Positions 1 to 9,670 of a DNA stretch of 64,000 bases are shown here, one piece after another (position 1 is the first letter of the stretch; every line of letters begins with the position of its first letter). A program made the position numbers and the translations under genes. The DNA is from a bacterium (GTDB lineage: Bacteria > Patescibacteriota > Minisyncoccia > Sungbacterales > HO2-52-23). The stretch lies in assembly GCA_030697705.1 (NCBI GenBank), contig JAUYPE010000002.1, positions 4,312 to 68,311 of the forward strand, in the 5' to 3' direction. The notes beneath the pieces are model-generated. The model saw only the letters and a list, made by a program, of their open reading frames with translations. It did not search any database and was not told the origin of the DNA.

Positions 1-682
1 GCATGGAGTCCAGCGCGGCATTAAACACTTGTATGGGATACCAATGCCATTCTTCTTTGTGTGTGTAAACACTTCCACGAAACTCATGTGCCGAAAACAG
101 ATGAAATGCGATATGATCTTTATCAGCAGACGCCCGCTCTACCATGTGATAAGGGGCAAAACCGACATAACAGAGGTTAGTAGTGGAGGCCAGAAAATCT
201 TCCGCACAGGTGCGAAAAACGCCTATCAAGGCCTGGATAACAGGACTCACGCCGCACTCCCGTTCAGCCCGATCAACTAAAAAACTTTCAATTGAACGGT
301 AGGAGTGAATCGCCCCGCCCTGCATCCACCACTTTCCTCCAAACGGTTTACCAAGCGCCCGTTTGACGGCAAGGAATCCCGCCTCACCATCCGGCATTCG
401 TGTCGTGATGACCACATCTGCGCACGCGCTATCCAGCCCCTGCCGATACCCGTCGTATATATCTGGACTTACCCCTCCACTGCGATGTCCGGGAGGAACA
501 GTAATGTCAACCTCACCTGCGTGGACATATCTTAACTTCCGTTCCTTTGTCAGATCAGATACATTACGCATCCAAATGACCGTATCGGTCAAAAATCTTT
601 TTCCGGAGAGTGTTTCTTCCGACACATCCAACTCCTTTTCCGTTGTGAAATAACACAAGAACTCCCATAAAAACCCACACAT
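1..682 (-). CDS. hypothetical protein, partial (runs off window start; start codon uncertain, 682 or 571)
   Basis: Open minus-strand frame with no stop from ~682 to position 1 (hand translation ...MRNVSDLTKERKLRYVHAGEVDITVPPGHRSGG...FGGKWWMQGG...); absent from the ORF track only because it lacks a stop inside the window. No family recognised. Confidence 0.3.
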   Translation of the reverse strand, partial: MCGFLWEFLCYFTTEKELDVSEETLSGKRFLTDTVIWMRNVSDLTKERKLRYVHAGEVDITVPPGHRSGGVSPDIYDGYRQGLDSACADVVITTRMPDGEAGFLAVKRALGKPFGGKWWMQGGAIHSYRSIESFLVDRAERECGVSPVIQALIGVFRTCAEDFLASTTNLCYVGFAPYHMVERASADKDHIAFHLFSAHEFRGSVYTHKEEWHWYPIQVFNAALDSM

Positions 683-712
683 CTGACACGAAGCAATATA
701 GCAAATAAATAC

Positions 713-1816
713 CTATTTGTCCAGACATCGGTAAAGTTCTTGATATTCTCCTATTCGTTTTTCCCACGATGAGGCGCGAGCAAATGCGCGTGAGGCATCT
801 GACATTTTTTGGCGGAGTTCTTGATTGGCAAGAATTTTTTGCAAGGCGGCGGCAAAGTCGTCAGGATCACGCGTAGGAACGAGAATACTGTTTTCGCCAT
901 CGCGCACCGCATCGTCAATCCCGCAGTTTTTGCTTCCCACCACCGGAAGACCTGCGGCGGCGGCTTCCAGAAATACTAAACCAAAACCCTCTACATCATG
1001 ATTCACATTTTGTGAAAAAAGACAAAAGAGTTCGGCTCCCTGATAGATATCGCTCAACGCCTCGCAGTTTTCTATACCGTCCAAAATAATAACGCGCCCT
1101 TCGAGTTGTAATTCCTTGATAAGTTTGGTAAGCCGTTCGTCATAGTCATGTTTATACCTTTTACCGACGATGACATAGTTCAGATGAGGAAATGCTGTAG
1201 CTATTTTCGCAAACGCACGGATGCTGAAATGGTATCCCTTCCGCCAGCGGATCGTACCCACACCGAGAATATAATCCTTGAGTCCCGCCGTGTCATATGC
1301 GCCATAAGGTTTGGCAAAAAAATCAGCATCAACACCGTGGTTGATGACGCGAATTTTCAGGTTGGGTATTTTTTTCAGAATCTCGTCTCGCGTAAATGAG
1401 CTGATAGCGGTAACGGTATTCGCCCGGGCGTAGGCATACCGAACCGGCCAAGAGTATAGCCAATGATACAGCGGTAAAATTGAACCGCTCCCCGTTGCGG
1501 TAATGATTATTTTTTTCCTAAGACCGAGTGAGGCGAAAACCGCGATGATCCCGTACGGAAACGCATCAAGCGCATGAATAATATCCGCGTTTTTCAGCGT
1601 GCGGCGAATACGGGGAAGAGCGCGAAACAACCGCCACTTGTTGGGATAGAGAATCGCTTCTTCATAATCCTCTCCGGTTCTAACCGTCGTGAGAACGCGC
1701 ACGTGACTCCCCACATCCGCACGCACAGCAGAAATCAACCGGCGCGAGAAGACGCCGGCACCGTTGTCAGTATGAATATTGTGCGTCAGGAAGACGATCC
1801 GCATACTTTTTTGCAA
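713..1816 (-). CDS. glycosyltransferase family 4 (GT1-fold, retaining)
   Basis: C-terminal EGFGLVFLEAAAAGLPVVGS motif (E-x7-E GT4 signature); 367 aa. Confidence 0.75.
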   Translation of the reverse strand: MQKSMRIVFLTHNIHTDNGAGVFSRRLISAVRADVGSHVRVLTTVRTGEDYEEAILYPNKWRLFRALPRIRRTLKNADIIHALDAFPYGIIAVFASLGLRKKIIITATGSGSILPLYHWLYSWPVRYAYARANTVTAISSFTRDEILKKIPNLKIRVINHGVDADFFAKPYGAYDTAGLKDYILGVGTIRWRKGYHFSIRAFAKIATAFPHLNYVIVGKRYKHDYDERLTKLIKELQLEGRVIILDGIENCEALSDIYQGAELFCLFSQNVNHDVEGFGLVFLEAAAAGLPVVGSKNCGIDDAVRDGENSILVPTRDPDDFAAALQKILANQELRQKMSDASRAFARASSWEKRIGEYQELYRCLDK

Positions 1817-2874
1817 ACCGCCGTCATCTCACGACCGGCTTTGTGCCATGAGAATAGTTTCGTCCGCTCATGACCTTTTTTAATAAGCTCCTCGCGCACA
1901 CCCGGCTCATCCGCAATCCGCGCCATCGCACCGGCTATCGCTTCAGGACGGTGCGGATCAATCAAAAGCGCCGCATCTCCACCGACTTCAGCAAGCGAGG
2001 ATTGATCGGATGTAACGACGGGAATGCCGCAATCCATTCCCTCTAAAACCGGATAGCCAAAACCCTCTATAAAACTGGGAAAAACGAGAGCCATGGCGCG
2101 GCGATACATATAAGAAAGCTGACCATCATTCATGTGCCCGGGGAAGATAATTTTCTCTTCCAGTTTCTCTGCCGTGATATATTCGCGAATCGCGTCCGCA
2201 TAGGGACCGACCGCATTTCCGGCAATGACGAGGTGATAGTCGCGATGTGTTTTTTGAAACGCGTTGAATCCGCGCACGACATTGAATACATTCTTACGCT
2301 CTTTCACGATACCGACAAAGAGGAAGAAATTTTCCGGCAGAGCAAGCCGCGTTTCGGGAACGGCGCAGACACGCTTGAAACCGCACCGCACGACATCAAT
2401 TTTTTCCGCCTGCATATGAAAAATACGCATCGTCTCTCGCTTGGTTGCTTCGGAAATGGCGACGATACGGTCGGCGCGCCAAAGCGAACGGCGATGATAC
2501 CAATAGGTTATGGTATTGAGAATCCTGCCAAAAAATCCGTGCGGGGGAAAATCAAGATAGGCGAAATCAAGAGCAAGCGCGATGGATTTAGGCGGTCGCC
2601 AGAACAGCGGCAGAACGGGCGTGTTAAAAACATACACATCGGCACGAGGCGCGGTTTTCAGGCGATCAAGCCAAAGATAGCCGCTCCCCAAGATTTCAAT
2701 ACGCCAATTTTTTCCGGAGAATTCCGGCAAAACGCGTGGCTTGTTTTTGAGAAAAATGATATAGTCGTTTTCTCTGTCCTCCGCGATCATGCCGGTCGTC
2801 AATTCAAAAATCGTCCGCGCGAGTCCGGCGGGCTTATCCTCACCGTAGGGATGGAGAACGATGCCGATTTTCAT
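1786..2874 (-). CDS. glycosyltransferase family 4
   Basis: FIEGFGYPVLEGMDCGIPVVTSD GT4 motif; 31-nt overlap with the downstream GT. Confidence 0.75.
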   Translation of the reverse strand: MKIGIVLHPYGEDKPAGLARTIFELTTGMIAEDRENDYIIFLKNKPRVLPEFSGKNWRIEILGSGYLWLDRLKTAPRADVYVFNTPVLPLFWRPPKSIALALDFAYLDFPPHGFFGRILNTITYWYHRRSLWRADRIVAISEATKRETMRIFHMQAEKIDVVRCGFKRVCAVPETRLALPENFFLFVGIVKERKNVFNVVRGFNAFQKTHRDYHLVIAGNAVGPYADAIREYITAEKLEEKIIFPGHMNDGQLSYMYRRAMALVFPSFIEGFGYPVLEGMDCGIPVVTSDQSSLAEVGGDAALLIDPHRPEAIAGAMARIADEPGVREELIKKGHERTKLFSWHKAGREMTAVCKKVCGSSS

Positions 2875-4022
2875 ACAAGTTGGCTCTCCATAAAGTGTAC
2901 TATGCGTAGTGCCCGCTCACCCCATGAAGAGTGCAAATGCTGATAAGCTTGATTGACCTTATCCTGTGCCTCATCGGGATGTTCAAAAATATATCTGATC
3001 CTTTCTGGAATGTCTGCGGCCTTATCTGCCGGATAAACGAACGCTTCATTGTTGGAAAGAATACTCGCAATCGCCGGCGTCACGCTTGCAAGAATCGGAC
3101 GACGCGCCGCCGCATACTCAAATATCTTCATAGGCGAAGTATAAAAATATGAATAGTCATCCTTCTCGGTTCCCAGAACGATCAAGACATCAGCCGCCCA
3201 AAGCCAACGGGGAATTTCCGCAAAAGGTTTTTGCCCGACACACACAAGATTTGCAGGTTGTTCGTTTATTAAACCAACGGTACGCAATTCTTCAGCAGTT
3301 CCTCCTACGAGATAAAAGAGAATATTCGGCATAAGGATTGCCGCTTCAACAAATTGTCCCAATCCTTTCCATGGATAGACCTTGCCGATATACATTACCA
3401 TTCGCCGGTCAGATGAAAGACCGAGAAGAGTACGGGCAACTTCTTTGCTTTCCGGCTTATCAAACAAAGCACGGTCAACCGCATTCGGTTCAACTATATT
3501 TTTTTTGTTAGGAACATGAAAACGATAACACAACTGCGCCTTGATAATTTCGTTAATTGATATGACGCCGGATGCATATCGAAAGAGAAGAATGAATTGC
3601 CATAACTTCTTTTTCGCATCGTGCATTTCAACGAAATACGGCACACCAAGGAACGGGATGAGAAAAAAAGAAAACTGGTCAAGATCGGTCGTGTAGATAA
3701 CGAACTTCTCGTGGCGTACCCAGTGCTTCCAACCGAGATAAAAAAAATATCCCACCGCAAAGCTCAATGAACCGAGAAAAAAACCGAACCGGCCGAATGT
3801 ATAGAGCGGCAGGATGCGGAGCCGTTTGAGCGGAATGTCCACACGCAAACCGTAAAAATCTTTTACGCTTCGGGTATCTGTTTCTCGTCGCGGCACGACC
3901 AACTCAAGGTTAACACCCACCTCCAAAAACGCCTCGCACATTTTGGCAAGTTGAATACCGTGCGCCCGTTCGGTTGGCATGCGCGCGTTGGCGATATAAT
4001 AAATTTTATAGGGAAAGTCCAT
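2871..4022 (-). CDS. glycosyltransferase (GT4-like)
   Basis: N-term MDFPYKIYYIANARMPTERAHGIQ (GT4 N-domain), C-term FEYAAARRPILAS; 4-nt overlap with the upstream gene. Confidence 0.6.
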   Translation of the reverse strand: MDFPYKIYYIANARMPTERAHGIQLAKMCEAFLEVGVNLELVVPRRETDTRSVKDFYGLRVDIPLKRLRILPLYTFGRFGFFLGSLSFAVGYFFYLGWKHWVRHEKFVIYTTDLDQFSFFLIPFLGVPYFVEMHDAKKKLWQFILLFRYASGVISINEIIKAQLCYRFHVPNKKNIVEPNAVDRALFDKPESKEVARTLLGLSSDRRMVMYIGKVYPWKGLGQFVEAAILMPNILFYLVGGTAEELRTVGLINEQPANLVCVGQKPFAEIPRWLWAADVLIVLGTEKDDYSYFYTSPMKIFEYAAARRPILASVTPAIASILSNNEAFVYPADKAADIPERIRYIFEHPDEAQDKVNQAYQHLHSSWGERALRIVHFMESQLV

Positions 4023-4041
4023 AAGGGAAACACATTCCCCG

Positions 4042-5079
4042 TTACGCCATCAACCGGCGGATGAGCTTTTCCTCATCAAATACCCAGCGCACGAGTTTGG
4101 CGGCACCGTGTTCAAAATCAATGCGCGGCTCCCAACCCAGATCTTTTTTAATCCGCGCAAGATCGGAGATATACACTTTTTGATCGCCCGGACGCCACGC
4201 GGCGAAGGAATAAGCGATTTTGGTCTGCATGATCTTCTCCAGCACGGCAATCGCCTCAAGGAGCGAGAAGGTATTTCCCGCGCCACCACCGATATTATAA
4301 ATTTTACCGCTAACTTTGGCGATATTTTTAATCGCCAACTCGTAAAGCGTGCACACATCGTCAATGAAAACAACATCACGCACCTGTCGTCCGTCACCGT
4401 AAATCGTCAGCGGACGATGAAGGAGTGTGGAAATAACGAACCAGGCAATCCATCCCTGATCCTCCACACCGAACTGGTGCGGTCCGTAAATGCACGACTG
4501 ACGAAAAACAACCGTCTTAAGACCATAGATGCGCGCATAGTCGCGGACGTATTGATCCGCAGCACCCTTACTGCAACCGTAGGGGGAATGAAAATCAACC
4601 GGCGTCGATTCGGAAACGCCCCGAGGCAGATCACGATACCAGTAGCCGGCATCGGTGAGTTCCACCGCCGCGTTTTCCAAATTGCCATATACCTTATTGG
4701 TGGAGGCGTAGAGCACGGCAGGTCTACGAACAGAACGGCGCACCGCCTCAAGAACATTGAGTGTCCCCTCGGCATTGACTTTGAAATCATGGTGAGGATC
4801 CGCCATGGAGTGTGTCACGGCAACCTGTGCCGCCAGATGCAGTACCGCGTCCACCCGTTCCATAAAACCGACCATGGCATCCGCGCCATCCGTGATATCA
4901 TGCTCAACTATCTTGCACCGCCCGCCCCATTTTTTCTTGAGCCAGAGGGCATTTTCGCCCGACCCCTTGCGGGAGAGATCGTCCACTATCGTCACTTCGT
5001 ATCCTTTACCAAGAAAATAATCGGCGCTGTTCGTGCCGATAAATCCAGCCCCGCCGGTAATGAGTATGTGTTTTGCCAT
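4042..5079 (-). CDS. NAD-dependent sugar epimerase/dehydratase, CDP-paratose 2-epimerase (RfbE/Prt)-like
   Basis: ILITGGAGFIGTN Rossmann motif, DDLSRKGS, YASTNKVYG; the layout matches CDP-paratose/tyvelose epimerases as recalled from memory. Confidence 0.65.
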   Translation of the reverse strand: MAKHILITGGAGFIGTNSADYFLGKGYEVTIVDDLSRKGSGENALWLKKKWGGRCKIVEHDITDGADAMVGFMERVDAVLHLAAQVAVTHSMADPHHDFKVNAEGTLNVLEAVRRSVRRPAVLYASTNKVYGNLENAAVELTDAGYWYRDLPRGVSESTPVDFHSPYGCSKGAADQYVRDYARIYGLKTVVFRQSCIYGPHQFGVEDQGWIAWFVISTLLHRPLTIYGDGRQVRDVVFIDDVCTLYELAIKNIAKVSGKIYNIGGGAGNTFSLLEAIAVLEKIMQTKIAYSFAAWRPGDQKVYISDLARIKKDLGWEPRIDFEHGAAKLVRWVFDEEKLIRRLMA

Positions 5080-5140
5080 GTGAAAAAAGGATCGCCGCGA
5101 GTCCTTGTTCCGAAGTAGAACCCGCTACCCCACACGCAAG

Positions 5141-6202
5141 TTACGCCCTGCACTTTCGCACCTCGGTCTCAATGAGGGTTCCCAGGATCTCAACGGTATG
5201 GGCTAGGCTGTGATGCGCAAGAACGATATCGCGCAGTGCCCGGTTGGGACGCGGCTCAAGGGCAAGTTTTTTAATCCGCGTCGCAAGAAACTCGGCGTTT
5301 CGGTGTTCAAGAAAATACTCCGCTGGAACAACCGTACGGTACGCATCATTCGCGGTAATAACGGTAAGCCCGGTCGCCATCGCCTCCAGAACGGCCTTAT
5401 CAAGCGATCCCGTCCGCGACGCGTTCAGAAACAGGTCATGCTCCGCAAGAAGTGAAGGAATCTCTTCATAACCGCGCGGACCGGCAAAGATGATTTTTCT
5501 TTCCAGTCCCGCGCCCATGACAAGATGCTTGAGACGGGAAAAGTATTCATGGTCGCGTGGCAGGATCGGCCCACCGACAATCGTGAGACGCCACTCCCCG
5601 TCCCATGCCGCGTCCAATAGCTTGCATGCGCGAATAATCGTCTCGTAATCCTTCACCGGCGCGATTCTCCCGATACTGATCATGCGGAGCGGCCGACCGG
5701 ACGCTTCAGCACTCTGTCCACGCAAACGAAAAAGATCCGTATTGACCGCCTGCCCGAGATACAGCACTTTTTTTGAAGGCAAGCGGAATCCTCCCGCCGA
5801 CGAGGTGAGCACAAAATCAACCAGACGCTCCGCCCACGCAAGACGCCGGCTGACCGCTCCATGCGCATACCACAAAAAAGACGGGCGGCGAAGCGAAACA
5901 AGAAAAGGCGCGGCCGCCAGAACAAACTCGGGAATCATATGAAAAAAAACCGCATCCGTGCGTGCATAGTAATACGAAAAAAGCTCCCAAAATCGCCAGA
6001 GCCGGCGCATACGACCGATACCTTCTTCTTTCCCCAATGTCACCACGGTGATATTTGCAGGCAGATGTGCCGACTCCCCCGCCGCATCCGCAATGATAAC
6101 CACCTCTTCAAATCGAGTGGCGAGTCCTATAAACCAATAGTAAAAAGCGCCAAGATTTTCATCACTCCGATGCACCCGCTGGGTAACAATAAGTAATTTC
6201 AT
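5141..6202 (-). CDS. glycosyltransferase family 4
   Basis: GT4-like C-domain (GSLDKAVLEAMATGLTVI); 353 aa. Confidence 0.65.
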   Translation of the reverse strand: MKLLIVTQRVHRSDENLGAFYYWFIGLATRFEEVVIIADAAGESAHLPANITVVTLGKEEGIGRMRRLWRFWELFSYYYARTDAVFFHMIPEFVLAAAPFLVSLRRPSFLWYAHGAVSRRLAWAERLVDFVLTSSAGGFRLPSKKVLYLGQAVNTDLFRLRGQSAEASGRPLRMISIGRIAPVKDYETIIRACKLLDAAWDGEWRLTIVGGPILPRDHEYFSRLKHLVMGAGLERKIIFAGPRGYEEIPSLLAEHDLFLNASRTGSLDKAVLEAMATGLTVITANDAYRTVVPAEYFLEHRNAEFLATRIKKLALEPRPNRALRDIVLAHHSLAHTVEILGTLIETEVRKCRA

Positions 6203-6219
6203 AATATTGTCATCCGTTG

Positions 6220-7380
6220 TTATTGCAACGCGCGATTCCTTAGGGCACCGACGAGGCGCAAAAAACTTGCACGATAGTCCGCAAGATATTTTTCCCGTGA
6301 ATTATCCAGATGTCCACTGACGGCATCCTGTGCGCGCTCACCCATGCTGGTACGGAGCGCGCGGTCGCCCGCCATCGTCGCGAGTGCACCGGCAAAACCG
6401 ATCTCATCATCAATCGCAACGACAAGACCCTCGCGACCATTGTGCACAAGTTCTCCGGCAAGACCGACATCCGTCATGATGACGGGCACGCCCGCCGCCA
6501 TCGCCTCAACCACCACCCTTCCCCACCCCTCAAAATACGACGAGAGCGCCAGACAATCAAATGATTTAAGAAAGACGGGCAGATCGGTACGCCATGGTTC
6601 AATGATAATATTTCGTTCCAGTTTGCGTGAAATGATTGCGCGCCGATAACGTGCCTCATCCGGACCCGCACCGACGAGCACCAAGAGCGCATAGGGATTT
6701 TTTTCGACCAGCCGCGCCATGGCACGAATAAGAAGGAAAAAGTTTTTTTCCCGCTCCACGAAACGGCCAACAGCAATTATCTTGAAAGAAAAATTGCTAA
6801 AACGGCGCGTCAGTTCGGAATCCGGCACGGCAGAAATAAAACGACTGATATCGGTAGCGACGGGAAGGATACTTATGCGTTCTCGCGGCACGCACATCGG
6901 CTGTCCGGTAAGCGAGCGCGCGATGCGCTCCGAAACGACGCGAATGCCATCCGCACGTGGCAAAAGAAACCGTGCAAAATAATAACACGCCCGCTCGCGC
7001 CACGACGCGCGGCGATACCACGGACTCATGATATCGGCATGGACCTGCACCTGCAGGGGTATGCCATACACACGCGCAAAGAGATACATAAGTAATCCCA
7101 TCTCATCCGGCGCTTGCACGGTTAGCGCGTCAAACCGCCTGCGGCGGCACAGCGTACGCACCATGCGAAATGCCCGCCATCGCCGCAAAAATGGCGAGCG
7201 CGCGGCGGCCGCATACCACGTGAGAGAATCCATCGCACCCATTCCTCGCACGGCGGCATCCGCGGTAAGAACGACGACCGTCATTTCACCGCACACACGA
7301 GCGTACTCTCGCACCCGTTCGTGCGCCTCGCTCCCCGGCACGGCAAGGACCGGATCTTCGGACAGCATGAGAATGTTCAT
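6220..7380 (-). CDS. glycosyltransferase family 4
   Basis: EGWGRVVVEAMAAGVPVIMTDVG motif. Confidence 0.75.
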   Translation of the reverse strand: MNILMLSEDPVLAVPGSEAHERVREYARVCGEMTVVVLTADAAVRGMGAMDSLTWYAAAARSPFLRRWRAFRMVRTLCRRRRFDALTVQAPDEMGLLMYLFARVYGIPLQVQVHADIMSPWYRRASWRERACYYFARFLLPRADGIRVVSERIARSLTGQPMCVPRERISILPVATDISRFISAVPDSELTRRFSNFSFKIIAVGRFVEREKNFFLLIRAMARLVEKNPYALLVLVGAGPDEARYRRAIISRKLERNIIIEPWRTDLPVFLKSFDCLALSSYFEGWGRVVVEAMAAGVPVIMTDVGLAGELVHNGREGLVVAIDDEIGFAGALATMAGDRALRTSMGERAQDAVSGHLDNSREKYLADYRASFLRLVGALRNRALQ

Positions 7381-9644
7381 AATGAATTGAGAATGTCTGC
7401 TGTCTCGCGGATCATCCGCTCGCGCGAAAAACGGCGAACCGATGCCACAGCGCGGACAACCGTGGTACGACGCAATATCTCCCGTTCATTGTGCACACGA
7501 AGAATCGCGGCGTGCCACGCGGCACCGTCATTATAACCCGCAACAATGCCCGTCTCACCGTCTCTAATTAGCTCGGGATTCCCGCCCGCCGAAGTCGTAA
7601 CAATGGGAATGCCGGCTCTCATCGCTTCGGCAAGCACATGCGACATTCCTTCATAGCCCGTGTTGAGAAGAAACGTGTCGCCGCCCGCAAGATACCGCAC
7701 AAGCACCTCATGCGGCACCGCGCCCGCAAGCATCACCACGCGCCCCAGATGCAGAGCGGTTATTTTTTCTTCAAGACGGGCGGCATCGGGGCCGGACCCA
7801 ACAATGATAAGCCGCGCATCAGGAATCTCGCGTACTATTTCCGGCATGAGACCGATCAAGAGCTCAAATCCTTTCCACAGAACCAGCCGCCCCGCGGAGA
7901 TGAGGACAAATCCGGAGAGATCAAGCTTGGCGCGCGCTTCATCGCGGGATGACGGCGTAAAGACAGGGAAGGCATTATGCACGACACGAATACGGTTCTT
8001 CTCAACCCCCCACCGCACCACGACTGTTTTTAAATATTCGCTCGGAACAATGACGATACGAGCGCGACGCGCGCTCCAACGCTCCAACCGCCGCAAAAAC
8101 TCCACACGCACACCGTATTTTTTTTCCAAAAACTCGTCAAGTAATCCCGTGACCCCGAATCGTTGAACGCTCTGCTCCCAGGCATAGTCGCCGACTATTT
8201 TCATTACCAATGGTTTTCGCAAAAAAAGAGCAACCAGCGCCGCAGGCACGCCCACGCTTACCGGATCTTGCGCAAAAATACTGTCCGCGCCACACGCCTG
8301 CATGGCTATGGCCACAAGATAGCGGAGATGCCGCACGCCCGGCGGAAGACGGCGAAATGCACCGAAATACGCGACACGCACAACAAATTTTTCAGCGGGC
8401 AGCGCATCAATAAGCGCCTCCGCATAGGTTGCCGGACCGCCAACATCCGGCGGGAATATTCCCGCGGCGACGACAACCGTCCGCCGCACCGCGAAACATT
8501 GGGCAAAAAGCGCGCCATAGGCCGTAGCAATGGCATCCCATGAAAAATTCTGCGCCACATGTTCACGTCCGTTTTCGACCATCATCGCCGCCCGGTCCGG
8601 ATATTCAAGCAGAGTGCTCACGCATCGCGCTATATCAGCCGGTTCGTCAACACGCGCAAAAAGTCCCGTCACACCCTCTGTGATTATGTCGGGAATGCCG
8701 CCCACCCGAGTTCCCACAATCGGGACACCCGCCGCAAGCGCTTCTACGAAAGCATTCCCCATTCCTTCGCTCCGCGAGGGACGCACAAACACATCCGCAT
8801 CGTGAAGGAGAACAGGAATACGCTCATACGGCACCTCGCCGATGAACGAGACGATATCGGCAACTCCCGTCTCGCGTGCAACCGCCATGAGATGTCTTCG
8901 CTCCGGACCGTCACCGATAATAATACCGCGAATTTCCGGCGTTTTTTTTCGCACCTCCGCGATTGCGCGGATAAAGCTGTCGATGCCGTTTTTATGAACG
9001 AGCCGCGAGACGGTAATAACAATTTTCTCACTGTTGCGTTTTTTTTCACTATCCGCCTTTTGCCCGCCCGGATTCTGAAACAGCACCGCATCAACGCCGT
9101 TGGGAATCAGGCGCAGAGGACCGCAATAACCTGCACCACGTACCGCCGCGGTAAGCGAGCGAGAGATTGCCGTCACCGCATCCGCACGCGCAAGCATAAG
9201 ACGAAATGCCGCACCAATAAACCCTTTCCGTCCCCGCCGCAGGCGCTCCTCTCCTTCGCCATACTGGACGGTCAGTATAAACCGTGTCCGCGGGGCGAGC
9301 AGTTTTATCAAAACACCCGCAAGCGCGCCGTGCGAGATATCAACGCCCCACACCATCGGCCGCACCGCGCCTTGCCGCCGTGCCGAACGCGCTATCATAA
9401 AAAACTGCCGCGCGCCAAGAAAGGGTAGAAGCCACTTATCCCCTGATACAGATAAGCCCACGCGCGTGATAACCATCCCGTCCCGCACTTCATGTCGCGG
9501 CAGTGTGCGACGGAATCGCGCCGTTACGATATGAAAATCAAACCTTGGCGCAAGACGCCGCACGGTTTCCTGAATGGCAATCTCCGCTCCGCCCACAAAC
9601 GGAACATAACTCGTAGAAAAAACAACAATAATCGGCTTTGGCAT
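7377..9644 (-). CDS. tandem (fused) double glycosyltransferase, two GT4 modules
   Basis: 755 aa with two separate GT4 C-domain signatures: EGMGNAFVEALAAGVPIVGTRVGG (first half) and EGMSHVLAEAMRAGIPIVTTSAGG (second half). Confidence 0.7.
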   Translation of the reverse strand: MPKPIIVVFSTSYVPFVGGAEIAIQETVRRLAPRFDFHIVTARFRRTLPRHEVRDGMVITRVGLSVSGDKWLLPFLGARQFFMIARSARRQGAVRPMVWGVDISHGALAGVLIKLLAPRTRFILTVQYGEGEERLRRGRKGFIGAAFRLMLARADAVTAISRSLTAAVRGAGYCGPLRLIPNGVDAVLFQNPGGQKADSEKKRNSEKIVITVSRLVHKNGIDSFIRAIAEVRKKTPEIRGIIIGDGPERRHLMAVARETGVADIVSFIGEVPYERIPVLLHDADVFVRPSRSEGMGNAFVEALAAGVPIVGTRVGGIPDIITEGVTGLFARVDEPADIARCVSTLLEYPDRAAMMVENGREHVAQNFSWDAIATAYGALFAQCFAVRRTVVVAAGIFPPDVGGPATYAEALIDALPAEKFVVRVAYFGAFRRLPPGVRHLRYLVAIAMQACGADSIFAQDPVSVGVPAALVALFLRKPLVMKIVGDYAWEQSVQRFGVTGLLDEFLEKKYGVRVEFLRRLERWSARRARIVIVPSEYLKTVVVRWGVEKNRIRVVHNAFPVFTPSSRDEARAKLDLSGFVLISAGRLVLWKGFELLIGLMPEIVREIPDARLIIVGSGPDAARLEEKITALHLGRVVMLAGAVPHEVLVRYLAGGDTFLLNTGYEGMSHVLAEAMRAGIPIVTTSAGGNPELIRDGETGIVAGYNDGAAWHAAILRVHNEREILRRTTVVRAVASVRRFSRERMIRETADILNSL

Positions 9645-9670
9645 GATAACGCATGAGAGGATACGACACG

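Noticed and set aside
2134-2943. 269-aa plus-strand ORF
   Set aside because: Antisense to the GT4 gene 1786-2874; low-complexity, no family features.
4108-5118. 336-aa plus-strand ORF
   Set aside because: Lies entirely antisense to the well-supported epimerase gene (4042-5079) and has no recognisable motifs. It is a typical shadow ORF in a GC-rich gene.
8559-9428. 289-aa plus-strand ORF
   Set aside because: Antisense to the double-GT gene; Arg/His-rich composition typical of out-of-frame translation.
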